Assembly: GCA_964406305.1 (NCBI GenBank) | Contig: CAYORF010000004.1 | Span: forward strand, 2,237 to 66,236 | DNA: 64,000 nucleotides | From: an uncultured Anaerolineales bacterium | Lineage (GTDB): Bacteria; Chloroflexota; Anaerolineae; Anaerolineales; UBA11858 | Direction of reading: 5' to 3' | Part shown: piece after piece, positions 19,184 through 28,996 of the stretch | How positions within the stretch are numbered: the first letter of the stretch is position 1 | How the letters are laid out: each line of letters opens with the position of its first letter | The notes under the pieces: model-generated | What the model was told of the DNA's origin: nothing | Seen by the model: only the letters and a program-made list of their open reading frames with translations | Databases searched by the model: none | Position numbers and translations under genes: made by a program

Positions 19184-20578
19184 ATGAGTAAATTTGATGT
19201 GATCGTAATTGGAGCGGGTCCAGCAGGATATGTATCAGCCATTCGAGCGGCTCAGCTTGGAAAACAGGTAGCTGTAATTGAAAAGGAATACCTGGGTGGG
19301 GTTTGTTTGAACGTTGGCTGTATCCCTTCCAAGAGTCTGCTAAAAAATGCTGACCTGGCATTTACGCTTACCAACCAGGCAAAAGATTTTGGAATCTCTT
19401 TTGATAACCTGAAATTGGATTATGCGGCTGCAGTGAAACGAAGCCGCCGGGTTTCAAAACGACTGATAAAGGGTGTTGAATTCTTACTGAAGAAGAATAA
19501 GATCACCCTTTATACTGGAAACGCGGAATTTGCCTCCCCTGATACTATTAATGTGATTGGAGCAGATGGAGAAGTGAAAATTACCGCGCCGAATATCATC
19601 ATAGCCACCGGCGCCCGGCCATTTATCATTCCCGGGATAGAAGTGGATGGCAAACAAGTGGTGACCTACAAGGAAGCCATCCTCCAAGAAAACCTGCCGA
19701 AGTCCGCTGTGATAGTGGGCGCTGGCGCAATTGGGATGGAATTTGCCACCATCTGGAACAGCTACGGCGTTCCTGTTACTGTCGTAGAAATGATGGACCG
19801 GATCACACCCAACGAAGACCCGGAAGTCAGCGACACACTAGAAAAAGCCATCAACAAACATGGCATTAAAACCCTCACAAAGACCAAAGTCACCAAGGTT
19901 GAAAAACTAAAAACCAAGTTGAATGTGACTGTTGAGGGTCCTGAGGGAAAAGAGAAGATCTCCACTGACCAGGTCCTTCTGGCAGCCAGTTTTGTTCCCA
20001 ATACTGACAGCCTGGGGCTGGAAAAAACCGGTGTCAATCTGGATAAGCACGGGTTCGTCGAAATTGACGACCGGATGGCGACCAATGTTCCTGGGATCTG
20101 GGCTATAGGTGACGTCACCGGAAAGCTAATGCTGGCTCACGCCGGTATGGCTATGGGTATAGTTTGCGCAGAAGTCATTGCTGGAGGATCTCCGGAAAAA
20201 CTAAACTTCCAGAACATGCCCAAAGCGACCTACTGCCATCCCCAGGTTGCATCCTTCGGGCTCACCGAAGAAGCTGCCAAAGCCGCTGGCTACGATGTTG
20301 CAGTTGGAAAATTTAACTTCCAGGCCAATGGAAAAGCCCTGGGGTTGAATGATTACGCAGGCTGGGTCAAGATTGTCACCGATAAAAAATTCGGGGAGAT
20401 CCTGGGGGCTCATATGATCGGCCCAGAAGTGACCGAGCTACTTCCAGAACTGACCCTGGCTCAGGCTAACGAGCTCACATCAGTTGAGATCGGGCATAAT
20501 ATCCACGCTCATCCAACATTAAGCGAGGTGCTGCACGAAGCCGCTAAAGACGTGACCGGAGAGGCTATTCACGCATAA
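19184..20578 (+). CDS. lpdA: Dihydrolipoyl dehydrogenase (E3)
   Basis: GAGPAGY, GGVCLNVGCIPSK redox disulfide, AIGDV, HAHPTLSE. Confidence 0.95.
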   Translation: MSKFDVIVIGAGPAGYVSAIRAAQLGKQVAVIEKEYLGGVCLNVGCIPSKSLLKNADLAFTLTNQAKDFGISFDNLKLDYAAAVKRSRRVSKRLIKGVEFLLKKNKITLYTGNAEFASPDTINVIGADGEVKITAPNIIIATGARPFIIPGIEVDGKQVVTYKEAILQENLPKSAVIVGAGAIGMEFATIWNSYGVPVTVVEMMDRITPNEDPEVSDTLEKAINKHGIKTLTKTKVTKVEKLKTKLNVTVEGPEGKEKISTDQVLLAASFVPNTDSLGLEKTGVNLDKHGFVEIDDRMATNVPGIWAIGDVTGKLMLAHAGMAMGIVCAEVIAGGSPEKLNFQNMPKATYCHPQVASFGLTEEAAKAAGYDVAVGKFNFQANGKALGLNDYAGWVKIVTDKKFGEILGAHMIGPEVTELLPELTLAQANELTSVEIGHNIHAHPTLSEVLHEAAKDVTGEAIHA

Positions 20579-20599
20579 TGAACAATCCAGCCAATAACG

Positions 20600-20633
20600 A
20601 AACACCTGCCAATAAAACTGGCAGGTGTTTTTG
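20600..20633 (+). terminator. Intrinsic terminator, probably bidirectional
   Basis: AAACACCTGCCA-ATAAAAC-TGGCAGGTGTTT followed by TT, between convergent genes. Confidence 0.8.
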
Positions 20634-20682
20634 ATTCATTCTTGTAACCCTTGACTATATCTGCTCTTTAATTTATCACGAT

Positions 20683-21855
20683 CTATGGCATATCTACCCA
20701 GCGTTCTTCCTGAGCAGAACGGAAGCTCGCATCCAGTACTTGTTGAGTGTTTACTCCATCCAGAATAGTTGGACAAGGTTGTTGTATACCCAAAGCTGCT
20801 CGGGTAACCTGGTACTGGGAATTGGCATGGGTATCCAGGAAATTTACGAGACTCCTTCCTCCCGGGACCTTGTTCCCCGGATATTCATGCAATGTCTGGA
20901 TCTGTTTAAACCCATGGTCCCCGCCGAGAGGCTGGCGAGCATCTCTCGCGTCATAAACATAAAGCCACCCAGAGTCCATGAAATTAAATTTCAGGGCTCC
21001 TTTTGTGCCATGGATTTCAAAATTGAGATCGTCCGTTGTACCGGCTGCTATCCGGGAAGCCTCAATCACTCCAATTCCTCCTGCTACCAATTCCACCAAA
21101 AGATGGGCGTGATCGTCCACAAGGACCCGCTCCCTGGTCTTTTGATCAATTCCAGTTGGCCTCTGGTCGATAAAGGTTTTGGTTTGAGCCATGACCCGCT
21201 TAAAGGGTCCTGCCAGGTAGAGCATCAAATCTATGATGTGCGCTCCAAGGTCTACCAGGGCGCCACCTCCCGAATGTTCCTGCGTCAAACGCCAGGACAT
21301 GGGTTTTTCCGAATCGAGATAGCTGGAATGATAGTACTGGGCCCGGAAGTTCATAACTTCTCCAAGGAAGCCGGAATCAATCAATTCCTTAGCCTTCATT
21401 ACTGCCGGGATAAAGCGGAAATTGAAAACAATCTGGATCACTCGATCTGATGAATTGGATAACTTTAACATCTGCCGGGCTTGGTCTATATTCAACGCAA
21501 GAGGTTTTTCTATATAAATATGTTTACCTGCAGCCAGGGCTTTCTGAAAGATCTCAAAATGTGTGTCATTCGGGGTACAAATATCGATCAGGTCGATCTC
21601 TGGATCTTCCAGTAGTGTATGATAATCCGTCGTCCCATAGGAAAACCCTCCCTGATCTACTGCTGCATCAGCGGATTCCTGGGAACGGGCTGCCGCTCCC
21701 CGTAAGTGAATTTTTTTGGGTAGGTCTGGATAATACAGATTGAGATTCCGCCAATTCACTGTATGAAATTTACCAATGCCCCCATATCCTATCAATCCAA
21801 TAGAAAAGACGTCCTTGTTATGCTCAATAACAGTGGATGATTTTTCCTTTACCAT
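20683..21855 (-). CDS. Gfo/Idh/MocA-family oxidoreductase
   Basis: IGLIGYGGIG, DICTPN, KHIYIEKPLA, GGGALVDLGAH. Confidence 0.9.
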   Translation of the reverse strand: MVKEKSSTVIEHNKDVFSIGLIGYGGIGKFHTVNWRNLNLYYPDLPKKIHLRGAAARSQESADAAVDQGGFSYGTTDYHTLLEDPEIDLIDICTPNDTHFEIFQKALAAGKHIYIEKPLALNIDQARQMLKLSNSSDRVIQIVFNFRFIPAVMKAKELIDSGFLGEVMNFRAQYYHSSYLDSEKPMSWRLTQEHSGGGALVDLGAHIIDLMLYLAGPFKRVMAQTKTFIDQRPTGIDQKTRERVLVDDHAHLLVELVAGGIGVIEASRIAAGTTDDLNFEIHGTKGALKFNFMDSGWLYVYDARDARQPLGGDHGFKQIQTLHEYPGNKVPGGRSLVNFLDTHANSQYQVTRAALGIQQPCPTILDGVNTQQVLDASFRSAQEERWVDMP

Positions 21856-21945
21856 GTGGGTTTTCCTGTGAATAGATTAATTCGTGATTCTAGAAATACT
21901 CTAAGGCTGATTCTAACACTCAGGATGATTGGTTTTACCCAGGTC

Positions 21946-24078
21946 TTAATTTCCAGACCAGCTTAAACTGATCCTCCCCCGCTCCAGGTCCACTTGCTGG
22001 ATAGTTACCTTGATAATATCTCCCAGGTTCAAGTCCACCCCAGCCGGTATCTTCGATCTATGTAGCAGCCCAGCGTTTTTTACTCCCAGGTCAATAAATG
22101 CACCAAACTCAACTACATTCTGCACAGTTCCCTGCAGCTCCATACCTTCAACCAGGTCTTCCACGGTCAATACATCCTTGCGCAGAAATGGTTTTGGCAG
22201 ATCTTGTCTTGGATCGCGCCCAGGCTGAACCAGCTGCTTAAAAATATCCGCCAGGGTTGGAACCCCGACCTTCAATACCGTTGCCAGGTCCTCGGCAGTC
22301 TTCTTTTCACTCAGTCGGACCAATGCGCTCTGTTTTGACTTAGAATCGTCATTCAGGTCGATGCCGGCTTGATGAATGACCTGCTCGGCCGCAGAATAAC
22401 TTTCTGGATGAATTGCCGTTTTGTCCAGGGGATTATCTCCTTCCCTGATACGCAGAAATCCAGCTGCCTGCTGATAAGTCTTTTCGCCCATGCCGGGAAC
22501 ATCCTGTACTTTTTCGCGGTTCTTAAAATGACCAGTTTTATCTCGGTAGGCCACAATCCGTTCAGCTAATCCCGGGCCAATGCCCGAAATAAATGATAAA
22601 AGAGCTGGAGAGGCGGTGTTAATTTCCACACCAACCTGATTTACCACGCTTTCAACAACTTGTTTCAATTTCTCTTTTAGCTTTGACTGGTTGACATCAT
22701 GCTGATACATGCCTACCCCTAAAGATTGGGGGTCGATCTTAACCAGCTCGGCCAGCGGATCCTGAACACGGCGGGCGATTGACACAGCCCCTCTGAAGGT
22801 GACATCCATATCCGGCAGCTCTCGTCCGGCTAGTTTGCTGGCGCTGTATACACTTGCTCCGGCTTCACTGGTAATCAGGTAATTCACACCAGCCAGATCC
22901 TTAATAACATCCGCCACAAATAATTCGGTCTCCCGCGATGCTGTCCCGTTTCCGATAACGATCAGTGACACTTTCCATTTCTCAATGTTCTTGAGCAAGT
23001 ATTCTCGGGCCTGTTCCAACTGTTTTCGGGGAGGAACTGGAAAGATCGTCCCGGTGACCAGGGCCTTCCCGGTTGGGTCTACAATTGCCACCTTGCATCC
23101 TGTCCGGTAGCCTGGATCCAGACCCATAACAGTATATCCAGCGAGCGGGGGCTGCAGCAATAGCGCCCGCAGATTCTTGGAAAAGATCTGCAGCGCCCGA
23201 TCTTCTGCTTTTTCAGTCAGGGTGCGACGGACATCTCGAAATATGGCCGGAAGCAATAATCTTGAAGCAGCGTCAGCTATACTCTTGTTGAGTTCTCCAG
23301 AAAGAAGAGATTCCGGATCCAGTGGATACTGGGTCCGGATCAACGGTTCCCATAACTTTTCGGGAAGAGTGAGCTTCACCGCCAGGATGCCTTGTTCTTC
23401 CGCGCGGTTAATAGCCATGGTCTGATGGGGGCGAATGCGATTAGATTGGATCTTAAACTCGTAATAGTCCTGATAGACCTGCCTTTGATCTTCCCCTCTC
23501 TTTTTCTTAGCGGTCGATAACAGGCTATTTTGGATGGCTTTTTTACGGAGCTGCTGGCGGATCTGCGGATGATCGCTGATAACTTCAGCAGCGATATCCC
23601 GGGCACCCTGCCAGGCATCTTCCACTGTTAAGACTTGATCATTAATATAAGGGGTGGCCAATTCTTCCAGAGATTCTTGTCTTTTTTCCTGCCCCAGGAT
23701 CAACTCCGCCAGCGGTTCCAATCCCTTTTCTCTGGCACTACTCGCTCGTGTTTTTCTCTTGGGCTTATAGGGTTGATAAAGGTCCTCCAGATCTGCCTTG
23801 GAGTTGGTTGAAATGATTTCCTTTTCTAGGTCTGGAGTCAGCTTTCCTTGGTTTTGAATGCTTTTCAGGATTGTTACCCGGCGTTCATCCAACCCCCGTA
23901 GTCGGGTGAGCTCTTCAGAAATATTCCGAAGCTGTTCCTCATCCAGTCCACCGGTGGCTTCTTTCCGATATCTGGCGATAAAGGGGATGGTGTTGCCATC
24001 GTCCAGCAGCGAGACAACGGATTTCACGCCAGACAGCGGGACATTCAGAGAATCGGCTATATACTTTTGGTTAGACAT
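21946..24078 (-). CDS. tex: Tex-family RNA-binding transcriptional accessory protein
   Basis: GNTIPFIARYRKEATG, GLDPGYRTGCK, EAGASVYSAS, DPLAELVKIDP, C-terminal S1 domain. Confidence 0.92.
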   Translation of the reverse strand: MSNQKYIADSLNVPLSGVKSVVSLLDDGNTIPFIARYRKEATGGLDEEQLRNISEELTRLRGLDERRVTILKSIQNQGKLTPDLEKEIISTNSKADLEDLYQPYKPKRKTRASSAREKGLEPLAELILGQEKRQESLEELATPYINDQVLTVEDAWQGARDIAAEVISDHPQIRQQLRKKAIQNSLLSTAKKKRGEDQRQVYQDYYEFKIQSNRIRPHQTMAINRAEEQGILAVKLTLPEKLWEPLIRTQYPLDPESLLSGELNKSIADAASRLLLPAIFRDVRRTLTEKAEDRALQIFSKNLRALLLQPPLAGYTVMGLDPGYRTGCKVAIVDPTGKALVTGTIFPVPPRKQLEQAREYLLKNIEKWKVSLIVIGNGTASRETELFVADVIKDLAGVNYLITSEAGASVYSASKLAGRELPDMDVTFRGAVSIARRVQDPLAELVKIDPQSLGVGMYQHDVNQSKLKEKLKQVVESVVNQVGVEINTASPALLSFISGIGPGLAERIVAYRDKTGHFKNREKVQDVPGMGEKTYQQAAGFLRIREGDNPLDKTAIHPESYSAAEQVIHQAGIDLNDDSKSKQSALVRLSEKKTAEDLATVLKVGVPTLADIFKQLVQPGRDPRQDLPKPFLRKDVLTVEDLVEGMELQGTVQNVVEFGAFIDLGVKNAGLLHRSKIPAGVDLNLGDIIKVTIQQVDLERGRISLSWSGN

Positions 24079-24121
24079 ATCTGTTCGAGCTCAACGAATA
24101 AGGCAGCTTGAAGGTATTTCA

Positions 24122-24976
24122 TCACTCCGTATAACCACATATTGCCACTGCTCGCGGTCCAGTATGCACTCCCAATACCGGGGATACGATGCTGATGATG
24201 ATTTCAGCTGGATTAATTTCGGATTTGATCTTCTCTGTAAGAGTGTTGGCTTCTTCCAGGGCAGCATTATGCAAAACTGCAATCCTGAGTGGTTTTTCTC
24301 TGTCTACCTGGTCAAAAAAATCCACAAACAAATCGTTCAGCGCTTTCTTCCTGGTCCGGGAGCGCCTCCCCCCTGCTACTTCGCCGCTTTTATGATCAAC
24401 GGAGATCTGTGGTTTCAAATTCAGCAAATTACCGATAAAGTGACTTGCTCCGCCGATGCGTCCTCCTTTGTGCAGGTATTCTAAAGTATCCAGGGTAATG
24501 ATATACACCATTGTGCTGCGTGCTTGATCTGCTGAGTCGATCATGGCCTGGAGATCACCACCGCTTTCCCGCGCTCTGGCGGCAGCCAACACTTGCCAGC
24601 CCAGGCTCATAGAATTGGCTTTTGAATCCACTACTTTGACGGGAAGATCCACCATTGCCGCTGCAGCTTTGGCGGACTCATGGGTTCCGCTCATGGCACT
24701 GCTGATGGTAATGATCAGGATTTCCTCCGCCCCATCATTTTTGGCGGCCTCATAGGCCAGTACCATTTGCTGCGGAGTAGGTTGTGATGTGGTTGGAAGG
24801 CTTGGATCTGTTTCCAGCCGCTTGTAAAAATCTTTCGCGGTCAAGTTAACCCCATCCTGGAACTGCTCTTCTCCCCAGATAATTGTCAGGGGAACAACCT
24901 TGATATCATATTTATCCAGGAACTCCTGGGGGATATCACAGGTACTGTCTGTTAACAGGGCAATTCTGTGGGTCAT
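24122..24976 (-). CDS. DegV-family fatty-acid-binding protein
   Basis: LTDSTCD, PTTSQP, SSAMSGT, LHKGGRI, LGVHTGP. Confidence 0.92.
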   Translation of the reverse strand: MTHRIALLTDSTCDIPQEFLDKYDIKVVPLTIIWGEEQFQDGVNLTAKDFYKRLETDPSLPTTSQPTPQQMVLAYEAAKNDGAEEILIITISSAMSGTHESAKAAAAMVDLPVKVVDSKANSMSLGWQVLAAARARESGGDLQAMIDSADQARSTMVYIITLDTLEYLHKGGRIGGASHFIGNLLNLKPQISVDHKSGEVAGGRRSRTRKKALNDLFVDFFDQVDREKPLRIAVLHNAALEEANTLTEKIKSEINPAEIIISIVSPVLGVHTGPRAVAICGYTE

Positions 24977-25668
24977 TTGATCTCCTTGTTTTGATCCTTG
25001 TACTGGCAGGTTTCTCTCATGGTGCAGTAATCACAAATGCATTCTCCAGAACATATATTTGGTCCAATGCCTATCATCATTGAAAGCGATTTACGGGGAA
25101 CCATTAGATAATGAGGTGATAACGAAACGCTGATCTGATCTTGGTCAACCAAATCAAAAATAGTTGTTTGTCCTTCCTCAACATCCCAGCCGATCATGCC
25201 AGGGCTAAGAGGGATAGTGGTTTGCAGCCCATCGGCAGCAGCCTTTGTTTCGATCTTCCTGCAGACCGCATTGGCTAGCGATTCCACTGCGGCCGCTCCA
25301 ACGCCATCAACTGCCAAAGCCAACACAATATCATCATCTATGACCTCAGAAGTATAATCGTCGATCTTAGTCCCAACGGTGCATACAACCACAGAAATAC
25401 GTGTTGCACCGAGCAGGTGTCCAATAACCAGTGGGCCAGTTATCCCATATCCGCCTTCCAATTCAATGCTGTTATGCTGGAAACTGGCAACCTGAAATTC
25501 CTTTACAAACACCTCCGGCTCGAGCAAACCCGTAACGGAATCCAGGGCTTTCTCTGCAATGTCAACAAGGAGAGGGTTGCGAGACCGGATTACATCCGGG
25601 TCAGCGCCCTGCCCGCGCAGGACACTATCCACAGTTAGGTTTAGATCATCAATCTGCCACTTATTCAT
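24973..25668 (-). CDS. Stand-alone methionine synthase activation-domain-like protein
   Basis: VVCTVG, LAVDGVGAAAVE, PLSPGMIGW, PRKSLSMMIG, C-terminal CDYCTMRETC. Confidence 0.75.
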   Translation of the reverse strand: MNKWQIDDLNLTVDSVLRGQGADPDVIRSRNPLLVDIAEKALDSVTGLLEPEVFVKEFQVASFQHNSIELEGGYGITGPLVIGHLLGATRISVVVCTVGTKIDDYTSEVIDDDIVLALAVDGVGAAAVESLANAVCRKIETKAAADGLQTTIPLSPGMIGWDVEEGQTTIFDLVDQDQISVSLSPHYLMVPRKSLSMMIGIGPNICSGECICDYCTMRETCQYKDQNKEIK

Positions 25669-25680
25669 AAAAGATCAGGA

Positions 25681-25998
25681 TTATTCAGACTTATGCTCTC
25701 GGTAATATCCGATGTAGAGGGAATCGTAATAATCCTTTCCCAGCAGTAAATCAGATGCCCGGATAACCGAGGTAAGTTTCATAGGATCTGTGATAGCACA
25801 GGTTGCGCCGGCACCCATTGCTAAAGCCAGGAACACCTAGTTAATGGTATGTCGGTCAGGAAGCCCAAAGGAAACGTTGCTGGCGCCCAGGTTGATATTC
25901 ACTCCAAATTCTTCCATAACGCGCCGGATTGTTTCAAGGGGCACTACACCAGCTTCGCTGGCTGCTCCCAAGGAGAAATAAAGCCAGGATTGATTCAT
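25681..25998 (-). pseudogene. C-terminal remnant of a pterin-binding (methyl-THF:corrinoid methyltransferase-type) domain
   Basis: Manual translation: ...LETIRRVMEEFGVNINLGASNVSFGLPDRHTIN*VFLALAMGAGATCAITDP...; internal TAG at 25839-25837; N-terminal part absent. Confidence 0.8.
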
Positions 25999-26024
25999 TC
26001 AATTTTATATTTAAGCTAGTTAGA

Positions 26025-26663
26025 TTAGGTCAGTTTCATTACCACCATGCCCAGAATATCGGCAGCCTTATCGGCCTGATCCGCCATATTGGATACATGC
26101 CGGTAAACCTCACGCCGGCGAAGCATGACCATTAAGGGTTCAAAATCTTTGGCTTTGACAAATAGGTCTCCGATGGCAACTCGATAGAGATGTTCCACCT
26201 CGTTTTCGATCTTTTTTGCCCGGCGGGCGTGTTCACCTGCTACGCGGGGGTTCGTGGAGATAGTATGGAAGGCCATTTCCAGTTCTTCGGTCGCTTCCCG
26301 GGTCAAAGTTACCATCTTCACTAAATAATCATCTGCTTCAGTTCCCAACAGCTGCATTTCCTCAACTGTCGAATAACAATAATCCAGAATATCATCAATA
26401 TACAAGGAAATCATAAAAATATCTTCCCGGTCGAGGGGCGTGATAAAAGTATTATGCAGCTCATCGATCAATATCCGGCGCACTTCATCAGCTTCAATCT
26501 CTTTGACCCGCATCTGGTCGATGGCTTTTTCTTTTAGCCCGGTTTTTCCCAGCCATTTTTCTAAAAGTTTCAAACCCTCAACGGTGATCTGGGTCTGCTC
26601 GATTAACATCCCAACAAACTTATCTACTTTTTTCCCGCGTTTAAACACACCTGAGATACCCAT
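26025..26663 (-). CDS. DUF47 (PhoU-like) phosphate transport regulator
   Basis: EIEADEVRR, FITPLDREDI, IENEVEHLY; directly downstream of Pit. Start refined to the ATG at 26663. Confidence 0.88.
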   Translation of the reverse strand: MGISGVFKRGKKVDKFVGMLIEQTQITVEGLKLLEKWLGKTGLKEKAIDQMRVKEIEADEVRRILIDELHNTFITPLDREDIFMISLYIDDILDYCYSTVEEMQLLGTEADDYLVKMVTLTREATEELEMAFHTISTNPRVAGEHARRAKKIENEVEHLYRVAIGDLFVKAKDFEPLMVMLRRREVYRHVSNMADQADKAADILGMVVMKLT

Positions 26664-26696
26664 ATCCTTCCTCCAATCCAAAACTTGATCACCCGT

Positions 26697-27686
26697 TTAG
26701 GGAATTAGATAATCAATCAAAAAGTACAATAATGCTGCAATTCCTGCCGATGCCGGAACAGTTAAGAACCAGGCCACCAGGATATCACCCATCACTCCCC
26801 AGCGAACCTGGGATCTGCGCTGCGCAGCTCCAACTCCAAGAATGGAGGAGCTGACCACGTGGGTTGTGCTGACAGGGCCGCCGAATAACGAAGCTGTCAG
26901 GATGACCACCATGGATGAAAGTTGAGATGCAAAACTGTGGATGGGTCTGATCCTGTAGAATTTTCCACCCAGGGTATGAATGATCCTCCAACCTCCGGAT
27001 GCTGTACCAATACCTATCGCGGTCGCACTTGACAAGATCACCCACCAGGGAACGGCAAATGATTCTTGATATCCCAGAACAACCAGGCCCAAAGTAATAA
27101 TGCCCATTGTTTTCTGAGCATCATTTGTTCCGTGGCTCAAAGCAAGCGTGAAAGCTGTTGGTATCTGAGCGTACTTAAAAAACAGGTTAGCTTTTGGTGT
27201 AGCATTACGTACGGCCCACATGCTGATCCGCATCACAAGTTGTCCGAGGACATAGCCCAATACAGGAGATAAAAACAAAGCTATGGCTACCAATCCCAGC
27301 CCTTCTATTTTTAGAGATTGAAACCCTGTCTCTACTATTACCGCGCCCACTATGCCGCCAATCAAGGCATGGGATGAGCTGGAAGGAATTCCGAAAAACC
27401 AGGTGAGAAGATTCCAGATACTGGCGCTTAGTAAGGCCGCTAAAACGACGGCGATAGTTATTGAATCTGGTGACGCCACATCCTGTCCGATTGTTTTTGC
27501 GACTGCGACACCAAAAACAAATGGTCCGATGAAATTTGCCGCCGTGGCCATGATCAGCGCAGCTGTGGGGGTCATTGCCCGGGAGGAGATCATGGTTGCC
27601 ACAACATTGGCGCTATCTTGAAATCCATTCAGAAAATCGTAAATCAAGGCCAGGGCGATTAGAGTGATAATTAATATTTGGTCCAT
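26697..27686 (-). CDS. Inorganic phosphate transporter, Pit family
   Basis: NGFQDSAN, GIPSSSSHALIG, HGTNDAQK, PVSTTH. Confidence 0.92.
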   Translation of the reverse strand: MDQILIITLIALALIYDFLNGFQDSANVVATMISSRAMTPTAALIMATAANFIGPFVFGVAVAKTIGQDVASPDSITIAVVLAALLSASIWNLLTWFFGIPSSSSHALIGGIVGAVIVETGFQSLKIEGLGLVAIALFLSPVLGYVLGQLVMRISMWAVRNATPKANLFFKYAQIPTAFTLALSHGTNDAQKTMGIITLGLVVLGYQESFAVPWWVILSSATAIGIGTASGGWRIIHTLGGKFYRIRPIHSFASQLSSMVVILTASLFGGPVSTTHVVSSSILGVGAAQRRSQVRWGVMGDILVAWFLTVPASAGIAALLYFLIDYLIP

Positions 27687-27889
27687 AATTATTTTTTTTA
27701 GAAGGAAGGCCTGGATGGTATTATGCTTACCTGGCCTTTAGTTTCTTTAATATATACCTTTTTTCAGGGTAAGGCATTATAACCATTAACGATAAACTCT
27801 GACAAGGTTTGTTTAATTCAACCAGATCTAATGGTTTGGGTTATTTACGAGAGGGAGAAAATAAACGAAATCAATTTCCCATTATCAGA

Positions 27890-28996
27890 TCAGACGGGAA
27901 AAGAGATGCTGAACTCACTGCCTTGGCCTGCTCCTGCACTTTGGGCTGAAATTTCGCCGCCTTGCGCGTTTACAAGAGCCTGGGTGATCGCCAGTCCTAA
28001 ACCTGATCCACCTGTACTGCGATTCCGATCTGGATCCACTCTGTAGAAACGATCAAAAATATAGGGCAGATGCTCGGCGTCTATTCCGGTGCCATTATCT
28101 TTCACAGATAATGTAGCCAATCCATCATCTTCAGACAACAGGATCTGAACTGTTCCGCCTTTGAGTGTATGGCTAAGAGCATTATTAAGCAAATTGGTCA
28201 AACACTGGGTAAGACGGGCACAATCCCCCTGCACCGGTATGATTGTATCGGGTAATTCAGTAACCAGGGAGATTTCCTGGTCATCAAAGAGGGGCTGATA
28301 AATACCCGCGGTATCTTGAATAATCTCGATCAAATCTTGGTTGGTAAGATTAATAGAATACTCTTTGGCTTCCAGTAGAGCTAGATCGTGCAAATCATTC
28401 ACCAGCCGGGAAAGTTGGCGGGTTTGATCATAGAGACGGGCGACTTCAACTTTATCGAGTTCATAAACATCATCCAGAATCGCTCTCAAGTTTCCCTGGA
28501 TAACCGTTAGGGGTGTCCGTAGTTCATGAGCGATATCAGCTAACATGTTATTCCGTAAACTATCGGCTTCTTCCAGCGCGGCGGCCATGGTATTAAAGGC
28601 CACAGCTACCTCTCTGATTTCGCTAGTACCTTTCACTTCGATGCGCTGAGTGAGGTCCTGGGATCCAACTGCCCGGGCTGCCTTGACAAGATTATTCAAA
28701 GGGGCAGCCAATCCCCGACTGCTTATCACTCCAACCATTATGCCCACCATGGATATAGAAAATAGGATCCTGACTAAACCAATAACAAGTTCACTTTGCC
28801 CATAGCGGTTTATCCTGGTCAGAAATGATAGCTGCGGATCATCTGGAACGGTTTCAAATACCCCGCCATCCGGTTGGACCAGGTTGATATTTTCTGCCTG
28901 GATTGTTAGGTAGATCCCGGTCGGGATTACGATCAGAAAGATCATGATCGCCACATACGTGAGACTGATCCTCACCCAGAGCTGATTCAATTTCAT
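27890..28996 (-). CDS. HAMP sensor histidine kinase (BaeS-like)
   Basis: Two TM segments, HAMP, AHELRTPLT, NLLNNA, DNGTGI, GGSGLGLAI. Confidence 0.92.
   Translation of the reverse strand: MKLNQLWVRISLTYVAIMIFLIVIPTGIYLTIQAENINLVQPDGGVFETVPDDPQLSFLTRINRYGQSELVIGLVRILFSISMVGIMVGVISSRGLAAPLNNLVKAARAVGSQDLTQRIEVKGTSEIREVAVAFNTMAAALEEADSLRNNMLADIAHELRTPLTVIQGNLRAILDDVYELDKVEVARLYDQTRQLSRLVNDLHDLALLEAKEYSINLTNQDLIEIIQDTAGIYQPLFDDQEISLVTELPDTIIPVQGDCARLTQCLTNLLNNALSHTLKGGTVQILLSEDDGLATLSVKDNGTGIDAEHLPYIFDRFYRVDPDRNRSTGGSGLGLAITQALVNAQGGEISAQSAGAGQGSEFSISFPV

Noticed and set aside
20740-21450. 236-aa plus-strand ORF
   Set aside because: Antisense to a clear Gfo/Idh/MocA gene. The other short overlapping ORFs in the track were rejected for the same reason.
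27690-27885. Pho box upstream of Pit
   Set aside because: TGTCA/TTAAC-like words are present but without a clean 11-bp period.
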